From an uncultured Bacillales bacterium (GTDB taxonomy: Bacteria > Bacillota_I > Bacilli_A > RF39 > UBA660): a stretch of 64,000 nt of DNA. The DNA lies in contig CAMOSQ010000001.1 in the NCBI GenBank assembly GCA_946624985.1, forward strand, positions 76,733 through 140,732, read 5' to 3'. The notes beneath the pieces are model-generated. The model was not told the origin of the DNA and did not search any database. It worked only from the letters and a program-made list of their open reading frames with translations. The position numbers and the translations under genes are program-made. Position 1 is the stretch's first letter, and every line of letters begins with the position of its first letter. Shown here one piece after another: positions 46,822 to 54,376 of this stretch.

Positions 46822-48605
46822 TGGATATAAGATCACAGATTGCTCCTAAGGGGCTTGAGTTTAAACCTGCACATTTTATTATTAGTGATAAGTATGCTAC
46901 TATTCTTACTGTTGTTTCTTTTCCTAAGGTTATTTCTCCTGGATATCTTTCTAATTTAACTAGTTTGAGTGGAGTTAAGATTGTTATTAAGCATATTCCT
47001 CTTCCTTTTAGTGTTATTACTAAGATGATTAATAAGGAAATTGCTGATTTAAAGGTTAGATATCAACAAGAGAATGATAAGACTTTACAAGAAAGAATTC
47101 GTTTGGATTATGAGTCTTTGGAACAATTTATTAGTATGCTTGCATCTACTCAATCAAAGATTTATGATTTTCAAATGCATATTATGATTACTGCTGATAA
47201 TGAGGATGAATTAAGTGCGAAGAAGTTACAGGTTAAGAATTATTTAGAGGCAATGGAGATGCATGCTATTCCTTTAAGATTTGAACAAAAGAAGGTTTTG
47301 CATTCTATTATTCCAATTTATCCTAAGCAAGATATAGAGGATAGAATAGGTACTCCTATTCCTGCTCCTACAATAGCTGCTATGTATCCTTTCATTTTTG
47401 ATAGTATTAAGGATCCTGGATTATCCACTTTGCTTGGTGTTGATTTTTCTGGTGGTGTTATTTTATTTAATCAATTTTTATATCAAATTAAGAAAGAAAA
47501 TAATAGAAATAATGCTAATATGATTGTTCTTGGTACTGCTGGTTCTGGTAAGAGTACTGCTGCTAAGATTCTTTTGAGAAGTCATATTAGGAATAATCAT
47601 CAGATTGTAGCAATTGATCCTGAAGGTGAATTAGAGGAAATGTGTCTTCGTTATGGTGGAGATTTTATAGACCTTGGTAAGGGTGGAGAATTTGGTATGA
47701 TTAATCCTTTAGAGGTTGTTGTTGATGCTGATGATGAGGAGATTGCTCAAGGATTAGGTTATACTGTTCTTACTCGTACTATACAAACTGTTAAGGCTTT
47801 TATGAAGTATTATGATCCTTCTATTGAAGAGGATGTTCTTAATATGTTTAGTGAGGTTTTACAAGATACTTATAGGAGATTTGGTATTGATTTTAATATT
47901 GATTTTACAAAATTAAGTTCTACTGATTATCCTACTTTTAAGGATGTTTATGCTACTATTAAAGGAAGAATTGTTTCTATTCCTAATGAAACTCGTGAGA
48001 AGGATATTTTAGAAAGATTAGAGTTAAAATTAAGACCTATTGTTAAAGAATTAAGATTTTATTTTGATGGACATACTACTATTGCTCCTAAAAGTGATTT
48101 TATTGTATTTAATATAAAGGAACTTATGAATGTTGATACAAATATAAGAAATGCTTTATTTTTCAATGTATTAAAGCATGCATGGAGTTTAACTCTTGAT
48201 AAAACAATTAATACCGTATTAGAGGTTGATGAAGCTCATATTTTACTTGCTGGGAATAATGTTTTAGGAGCTGATTTCTTAGCTCAAGTACAAAGACGTG
48301 CTCGTAAGTATAATACAGGTACTATAATTATTACTCAACAGCCTAGTGATTTTTCTGATCCTAGTGTTCTTATTCAAGGTAAGGCAATATTTGATAATGC
48401 TTCTTATTATCTTGTTATGGGGCTTAAAAAACAGGCTGCTGAAGATTTATCTAGATTAATCGATTTGAATGAAAGTGAAATAGAAAGTATTAAAAAGTAT
48501 TCTCAAGGTGAAGCATTGTTTGTATGTGGAAATAAGCGTATGAGAATAAATGTTATTGCTACTGAAGAAGAATTAGATTCTTTTGGAAGTGGCGGCGGAT
48601 TATAA
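46821..48605 (+). CDS. virB4: VirB4-type conjugation/secretion ATPase (TraE/PrgJ/TcpF-like), main part
   Basis: Walker A GTAGSGKST and Walker B LEVDEAHILL, then ARKYNTGTIIITQQPSDF. Length plus the upstream ORF comes to about 775 aa. Confidence 0.85.
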   Translation: MDIRSQIAPKGLEFKPAHFIISDKYATILTVVSFPKVISPGYLSNLTSLSGVKIVIKHIPLPFSVITKMINKEIADLKVRYQQENDKTLQERIRLDYESLEQFISMLASTQSKIYDFQMHIMITADNEDELSAKKLQVKNYLEAMEMHAIPLRFEQKKVLHSIIPIYPKQDIEDRIGTPIPAPTIAAMYPFIFDSIKDPGLSTLLGVDFSGGVILFNQFLYQIKKENNRNNANMIVLGTAGSGKSTAAKILLRSHIRNNHQIVAIDPEGELEEMCLRYGGDFIDLGKGGEFGMINPLEVVVDADDEEIAQGLGYTVLTRTIQTVKAFMKYYDPSIEEDVLNMFSEVLQDTYRRFGIDFNIDFTKLSSTDYPTFKDVYATIKGRIVSIPNETREKDILERLELKLRPIVKELRFYFDGHTTIAPKSDFIVFNIKELMNVDTNIRNALFFNVLKHAWSLTLDKTINTVLEVDEAHILLAGNNVLGADFLAQVQRRARKYNTGTIIITQQPSDFSDPSVLIQGKAIFDNASYYLVMGLKKQAAEDLSRLIDLNESEIESIKKYSQGEALFVCGNKRMRINVIATEEELDSFGSGGGL

Positions 48606-48622
48606 TAGTTGGTGGTGATTAA

Positions 48623-50599
48623 ATGAAGGCTTTTTTAATGAAATTACTTAAAAATAAGGCAAAAAGTGCTTTGAGTAATTCTGAATCAAAGCCTTCTTTT
48701 TCACCATATTTAAAATATGCCATATTTGGTGGTAGTGGATTTGTTTTTTTTCTATTAGGAATAATTGTTATATGTGTTATTATTTTCGCACCTGTCTTTC
48801 TAGCAGAAGAGTATTTTGGTAGTGGTAAAGATGTTGCTGCATATGATTATTGTGGAGATTCTTGTGGAGAAAATGAATCTAAGTTTTATACTAAATTAAA
48901 TGAAGTTAAGGAATCATATAAATCACGTGGTATTACTATTGATACTAATTTAATTAGTGGGACTGTTTTTTATGGTAGTACTTTAAGTAGCGAGAGTTTT
49001 AATTCTGATGATCCTGATAGCGATGATTTGATTGATGATTCTAAAATACATGTTTCTGATGTTAAACCTTTAGCGTCTAATATGGTTAGTGGTAGTTCTC
49101 TTGATTATGGTAAGTATCGTAATTATTTAATTAATATATATATTCCTAAGAGATTTAAAGATTTATATACTGATGATAAAGGTATTGAGAGAATTGCAGA
49201 TGATATAATGAGTTATGCTAGTTTAAAGGGTGATGCAATTGCTTCTAGTGGTTCTCTTGGGGTAAGTTGTACTTCTATTACTTTAAAAGAAGATGATGGT
49301 ACTATAAAACCACATGTTCTTGAGGAATATGTGGCTGGAGTAGTTGAGGCTGAAAATGGTGGAGCAGGTCCAGAGGCTAGAAAAGTTCAGGCTCTTGCCG
49401 CTAGAACTAATGCGGTTACTCATTGTAATAGTGTTATTGATAATTCTACTAATTTTCAAAAGTATAAGACTCCTTCTTTTTCTGCTATTGAGGCAGCAGA
49501 GGCAACAAAAGGGTTAGTATTAACTTATGATGGTGAAATGCTAAAAGAAATGCCTTTTGCTTCATATCCAATGTCTAATTATAGAGGTGGATTTCCTGGA
49601 TATGAGGCTTTGGGACATGTATGTAGTGATGTAAAGTGTACTACAGGTAGTGATGGTAGACAGTGGTGTGATACAACTTTGTATAGAGTCCCTAATATGG
49701 ATAGTTTTCAGTTAAGTATGCCTGATACTAATTTAAATGGTTCTCTGTGGAATGGATTACATTTGGATAATCAAAAAGGTCACTGTTATGGAGTTAGTCA
49801 GGTTGCATCAATTTATTATGAGAATGAACTTAATTATGATTATAAAAAAATGATAGAAGTATTTTTTTCTGATGGTGTTGAAATTACTTCTATACCAACT
49901 GGATATAATGGTGAAGTTGCAAGTACTGATGGAACGAATTTTTTACCATATGAATTGGATAGATTTTTAAATGAAAAAGGTTCAAGTGTTCAGGCTTTTA
50001 ATTTATCTATCAAACAGGCAGTTATGGCTTCGGGGCCTGGGACTAGAGCAGGTGTTGTTGCTGCTGCTAATGCACTTATAAATGGTTTATCTCAATATGG
50101 TGTTAAACTTCCATATATATCTTCAACTGGTGCTAGTGGTACAGCGTCTGGTAAGTATAAGGAATATGGTGTTGCTTCTGATTGGGGAAAGACAGGTTCT
50201 TGGTATAGTGCAGTTTATAACAATACTTATACACAAACAGGATTGGATTGTAGTGGCTTTGTTTCTTGGGCAATATATAATGCAGGTTATGTATATGGTT
50301 ATAATGGTCAAGAATGCAATTCTGTTTGTTATTTAAGAAATATTGGTGTTTCTCATGATTTTGCTTCATTTAGGGGGCAACCTGGTGATTTAGTTGTTGA
50401 AAATGGTCATATTGGTATGATTATTGGGGTTAGTGATTCAGAATATTCTGTTGCAGAGGAACATGGTGGTGATAATGGGCTTGAGGTTACTCATTATAGT
50501 TTTAATAATCCACGTGGACAATTTACACATATTCTTGATATGACTGAATACTATTCTAATAGTTCTAATATGAATCTTTCATATTATCAAGGAGGTTAA
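48623..50599 (+). CDS. Bifunctional cell-wall hydrolase: SpoIID/LytB-like plus NlpC/P60 domains, membrane-anchored
   Basis: TM helix FVFFLLGIIVICVIIFAPVFL. The SpoIID-like motif is EEYVAGVVEAENGGAGPEARKVQALAARTNAV. NlpC/P60 is shown by GLDCSGFVSWAIYNAGY ... GHIGMIIG. Confidence 0.75.
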   Translation: MKAFLMKLLKNKAKSALSNSESKPSFSPYLKYAIFGGSGFVFFLLGIIVICVIIFAPVFLAEEYFGSGKDVAAYDYCGDSCGENESKFYTKLNEVKESYKSRGITIDTNLISGTVFYGSTLSSESFNSDDPDSDDLIDDSKIHVSDVKPLASNMVSGSSLDYGKYRNYLINIYIPKRFKDLYTDDKGIERIADDIMSYASLKGDAIASSGSLGVSCTSITLKEDDGTIKPHVLEEYVAGVVEAENGGAGPEARKVQALAARTNAVTHCNSVIDNSTNFQKYKTPSFSAIEAAEATKGLVLTYDGEMLKEMPFASYPMSNYRGGFPGYEALGHVCSDVKCTTGSDGRQWCDTTLYRVPNMDSFQLSMPDTNLNGSLWNGLHLDNQKGHCYGVSQVASIYYENELNYDYKKMIEVFFSDGVEITSIPTGYNGEVASTDGTNFLPYELDRFLNEKGSSVQAFNLSIKQAVMASGPGTRAGVVAAANALINGLSQYGVKLPYISSTGASGTASGKYKEYGVASDWGKTGSWYSAVYNNTYTQTGLDCSGFVSWAIYNAGYVYGYNGQECNSVCYLRNIGVSHDFASFRGQPGDLVVENGHIGMIIGVSDSEYSVAEEHGGDNGLEVTHYSFNNPRGQFTHILDMTEYYSNSSNMNLSYYQGG

Positions 50600-50600
50600 T

Positions 50601-51272
50601 ATGAAAAAATGCATGATACTTATTTGTTTGATTTTTATTACTGGTTGTAGCGCTAGGTATACTATTGAATTTAACGATAAAAGTATAAAAGATAAATTGT
50701 CTGTTTATGGTATTGATTTACATTCTTATAATGATATTAAAGAAGGAGTTTATTCTCCAATTCCTGCATTTAAGGATGCAATTATAAATTTGGAGGAACC
50801 TATTAAAAATGAGGGTGTTGAATATTATAATATAAGTGGTGACGATAGTAATGCCTATTTAGATTATAAATTTGAATTATCTGATTTTGAAGATTCTTAT
50901 TTTGCTAATACTTGTTATGACTATTTTAAGGTTTTTCAAGAAAAAGATGAGATTATTATTTCTACTGGTAAAAACTTTAAGTGTTTTTTTCCTGGTCGTA
51001 ATTTAGATTCAGTTGATATTGTTATTAAATCTAATCATAAGATTATATATAATAATGCTGATGAAGTTAAGAATAATGAATATATATGGCATATTAACAA
51101 AAGTAATAAGGATGATGCAAATATACAGATTTCTTTTTCAAAAGATTATAATGAAAAAAAGAAGAGTATTAATATTGCTCAGGTTTCTTTATATATAGGT
51201 ATATTCGGGGTAGTTGCTTTAGTTATTGCTTTGTTTGTTTTAATTAAAAATAAGCGTGTTAATAAAATTTAG
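50601..51272 (+). CDS. Lipoprotein with a C-terminal TM anchor
   Basis: Lipobox LIFITGCSA and C-terminal helix LYIGIFGVVALVIALFVLI. Confidence 0.55.
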   Translation: MKKCMILICLIFITGCSARYTIEFNDKSIKDKLSVYGIDLHSYNDIKEGVYSPIPAFKDAIINLEEPIKNEGVEYYNISGDDSNAYLDYKFELSDFEDSYFANTCYDYFKVFQEKDEIIISTGKNFKCFFPGRNLDSVDIVIKSNHKIIYNNADEVKNNEYIWHINKSNKDDANIQISFSKDYNEKKKSINIAQVSLYIGIFGVVALVIALFVLIKNKRVNKI

Positions 51273-51293
51273 AACTTTTTAGTTCTTTTTTTT
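51271..51293 (+). terminator. Rho-independent terminator
   Basis: AGAACT-TTTT-AGTTCT followed by T8. Confidence 0.7.
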
Positions 51294-51348
51294 ATTTTTT
51301 TAAGGATTTTTATTTTTTGTGTTGTAACATATAATTAGGAGGGATTTT

Positions 51349-52302
51349 ATGAAAAAATATTTTAAAAAACTTTCTAATGATTCTATGTTTAAATTGGTTT
51401 TTTCGAATAAGAAATATATGAGTTTGTTATTGGAAAAAATTCTTGGAAGAAAAATTGATGATTATTCTATAATTAATAAAATTGATAATAAAGAAATAGA
51501 TGAGAATAATATCATAGAACTATTAAAACAAGAATTAGTTACAAGGAATATTAATGTTAAGAAGAAGACGGTTGATTTACTTGTTAAAAGAAAAAATGAA
51601 ATCATTGATATTGAGGTAAATAATATATTTGATGAAGATATAAGAAAAAGAAATTTTGCTTATCTATCAAATATTTATTCAAATATATTAGAACATGGAC
51701 AAGATTATGGTGAACAGCCAGGATGTATACAAATTAATATTTGTAATAACATTGAGGAAAACTACGAATATGATAATCATTGTTTGCTGGGGGAAAACTA
51801 TAAAAATAAATTTATAGATAATATTAATTTTTTGGTATATGATGTTGCCAAATATAAAAAAATGTTGTATACTGGTAACAAGAAGTTAATTCAAAAATAT
51901 TCTCATATAATTATGTTTGATTGTGATGAAGAAGAACTAGAATTACTTGGAAAATATGATTTTATGGTAAAGGAGATTGGTGATATGGTTAAAAAGTATA
52001 ATGAGGATAACATATTTAGTTTTATGACTGATGAAGAATCATATGAGAGATTATTTAGGTCCCAAATGAAAACAGCTACAAAGAAAGGTTATAACCAAGG
52101 TTTAGAAAAAGGATTTAATCAAGGGATTGATAAAGGATTTAATCAGGGGATTAGTCAAGGGATTGAGCAAGGGATTGAGCAAGGTATTGCACAGAATAAG
52201 CTAGATATTGTTTTTAAAATGTTAAAGAGAAAGTATCCTATATCTGATATTTCAGAAATAACAGGATATTCACAAGATTATTTAAAGTCAATAAAAATAT
52301 GA
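51349..52302 (+). CDS. PD-(D/E)XK nuclease family transposase-like protein (Rpn/YhgA-like), copy 2
   Basis: About 80% aa identity to the 27040-27942 product over ~240 aa (KLSNDSMFKL.FSNKKYMS.LLEK..., TVDLLVKRKNEIID.EVNN, CIQINICNNIEENYEYDNHCLLGENY). The C-terminal Q/E-G-[IFL] repeat tract is longer. Confidence 0.6.
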   Translation: MKKYFKKLSNDSMFKLVFSNKKYMSLLLEKILGRKIDDYSIINKIDNKEIDENNIIELLKQELVTRNINVKKKTVDLLVKRKNEIIDIEVNNIFDEDIRKRNFAYLSNIYSNILEHGQDYGEQPGCIQINICNNIEENYEYDNHCLLGENYKNKFIDNINFLVYDVAKYKKMLYTGNKKLIQKYSHIIMFDCDEEELELLGKYDFMVKEIGDMVKKYNEDNIFSFMTDEESYERLFRSQMKTATKKGYNQGLEKGFNQGIDKGFNQGISQGIEQGIEQGIAQNKLDIVFKMLKRKYPISDISEITGYSQDYLKSIKI

Positions 52303-52322
52303 TACTTATATGTATCTTTTTT
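52301..52322 (+). terminator. Terminator hairpin
   Basis: GATAC-TTATAT-GTATC followed by T6. Confidence 0.55.
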
Positions 52323-52377
52323 CTTGTATTGATTTACTTTATTTAATGTGTTAAACTATTTATAGTTGAGGTGCTTT

Positions 52378-53520
52378 ATGAAGAAGAAATTTTATAAAAT
52401 TTTATTTTTTCTTTTATTGTTTATGCCAGTGTGTGTTAATGCTGCAGATTATTTGTTGTGTGGAAATGATAAGAAACTTCCTTTAGTATTTGGACAAATT
52501 TTATCAATTATTTTTGTTCTTATTAAAATAATGGTCCCAGTTTTGCTTGTAATTATGTCTATGGTTTCTTTTATAAAAGCAGTTGTTTCGGGTAAGGTTG
52601 ATGATGAGTTAGCACGTGTTAAGCAGGTTTCTATTCAAAGAATTATTTCTGCTGTTATTATATTTTTTATTTTTTCAATTGTTAATTTTGTAATTAATTT
52701 ATCTGTTTCTACTAATAATAGTTTTAGTAGTTGTCTTTATTGTTTGTTTAATTCTGATCATTGTGAGCAGGCAGATGATGAGCTTGCAAAGTTGTGTCCT
52801 GGCTTAATGAGTCAGCAGAAGGATTATGATGTTAATTGTAAGTATATAGGTGGAATTGGTGATCGTATTAATTATGCTGATACTGGTGATACTGGAGTTC
52901 CTGATTATGCTAATTATGGTAGTAATTCTTCTGGAACCATTACAGAAAGTCCTACTGGTGAATATACTACTTGGAGGCAAGGATCGCCTGAATGGGGTAG
53001 TCGTTGGTATGGTGGATATGATTCAAAAGGTAATAAGGTTGATATTGCACATTATGGTTGTAATTTTACTTCTATAGCTATTCAAATTAAGAGATCTGGA
53101 TTACCTACAACTATTAATCCATTTAATCCTGGTACTATGTTTGATTATATGAAGCCAAAAGGGTATCTTAGTTCGGGTGGATCAACTATAAATTATGGTG
53201 TTTTTAAAGAGGTTGCTCCTGGTTTTGAATTTGATGGCCAAAAAAACTTATCTTTAAATGATACTGAAACATATAATATATTGTCTGGTTTATTAAAGGA
53301 TGATAAATATCCTATTGTTCACGTTAAATCAAATAATGGTAAGCCTTTTGGTACGAGTGGTCATTATGTTGCGGCGATTGGTTATACTGATAAAGATATT
53401 ATAATTGTTGATCCTGCTAATACAAATTGTACAAGGTTGTTTACTTGTAAACCTGAGCTTGATAGAAGTAATGGATATCTTATAGCTGGTAAAACTTCTT
53501 ATTGGAGGGTTGATAGATGA
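52378..53520 (+). CDS. 2-TM pilin-like module (paralog 4, N-terminal) fused to a papain-like cysteine peptidase domain (C39-like)
   Basis: Signal peptide FFLLLFMPVCVNA. The module is VPVLLVIMSMVSFIKAVVSGKVDDELARVKQVSIQRIISAVIIFFIFSIVNFVINL. The C-terminal domain has WRQGSPEWGSRWYGG...HYGCNFTSIAIQI (Cys) and SGHYVAAIGYTDKDIIIVDP (His). Confidence 0.5.
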   Translation: MKKKFYKILFFLLLFMPVCVNAADYLLCGNDKKLPLVFGQILSIIFVLIKIMVPVLLVIMSMVSFIKAVVSGKVDDELARVKQVSIQRIISAVIIFFIFSIVNFVINLSVSTNNSFSSCLYCLFNSDHCEQADDELAKLCPGLMSQQKDYDVNCKYIGGIGDRINYADTGDTGVPDYANYGSNSSGTITESPTGEYTTWRQGSPEWGSRWYGGYDSKGNKVDIAHYGCNFTSIAIQIKRSGLPTTINPFNPGTMFDYMKPKGYLSSGGSTINYGVFKEVAPGFEFDGQKNLSLNDTETYNILSGLLKDDKYPIVHVKSNNGKPFGTSGHYVAAIGYTDKDIIIVDPANTNCTRLFTCKPELDRSNGYLIAGKTSYWRVDR

Positions 53521-54260
53521 AAAAAAGGTTAATAATTATGTTTGTTTTTGCTTTCATTTTTATATTATTTCAAATATTTTTAATGATTAGTAATAATAAA
53601 TCATATGTTGTTTTTTCTGATAAATCTATTATTAAAGTTTCTGGTAAAAAATATAAGTTTGTTGATTTTAAGGATAGTTATTTAGTTAATAAAAAATTTG
53701 ATGTTTATGATTATAATAAGTATATTGGTAAATATAATGTAAAATTTTTTGAAGATAGATATAAGGTTTATAATAAAAAAGATGTTGCTTCGTTTAAAAA
53801 TTCTTTTGTTGGTATTTATTCAAATGATAATCAAGTTAAATTAAATACTGCTAGTGTTGATGAATTGAACTTATTGGATATTAATTTTTTATATAAAATT
53901 TTGTCTGATAATAATATTAGTTTTAATGGTCAGTTGACTATAAATGAAAAACGAGCAATAAATTCTAATAATGGTTATTATTTATATAATGTTTCTTATA
54001 ATGATATGTATAGTGATAATGAAAAGTTATTTTCTATTGTTTATATTTCTAATTTGAAAAATTATTCTATAATTAAATCAAGTTTTGTTAATAATTCTGA
54101 ATTTAATAAGTTAGTTTCATATAACATTGATAGTGTTATTGATTTAGATGGTGATTCAATTGATGAAGTTATTATTTCTGATTTGATGTTTAGTCAAAGT
54201 GGTACTGGTAGCAAAGAAATTTATTCATTTATTGATGGTAAGTATGTGTTGTCTTATTGA
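53517..54260 (+). CDS. Membrane-anchored hypothetical protein (size and topology compatible with a VirB8/TcpC-like component)
   Basis: N-terminal TM helix LIIMFVFAFIFILFQIFLMI. ATGA overlap with the upstream gene. No motif recognised. Confidence 0.4.
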   Translation: MKKRLIIMFVFAFIFILFQIFLMISNNKSYVVFSDKSIIKVSGKKYKFVDFKDSYLVNKKFDVYDYNKYIGKYNVKFFEDRYKVYNKKDVASFKNSFVGIYSNDNQVKLNTASVDELNLLDINFLYKILSDNNISFNGQLTINEKRAINSNNGYYLYNVSYNDMYSDNEKLFSIVYISNLKNYSIIKSSFVNNSEFNKLVSYNIDSVIDLDGDSIDEVIISDLMFSQSGTGSKEIYSFIDGKYVLSY

Positions 54261-54289
54261 AAAAATTGTTTCTTTTGAAACAGTTTTTT
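54261..54289 (+). terminator. Rho-independent terminator
   Basis: AAAAATTGTTTC-TTTT-GAAACAGTTTTT. Confidence 0.75.
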
Positions 54290-54376
54290 GTTATAGGTAA
54301 TGTTTTCTCTTGAATATAAATTGTAGTAAGTGTATAATATATTTAGTTGTTTACATTAATTTTTATAGGAGGGTAT

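Noticed and set aside
53517-54260. Confident call of VirB8/TcpC for the 247-aa membrane-anchored protein
   Set aside because: Only size, a single N-terminal TM helix and position support it. I recognised no sequence motif, so it is listed as hypothetical with a note.
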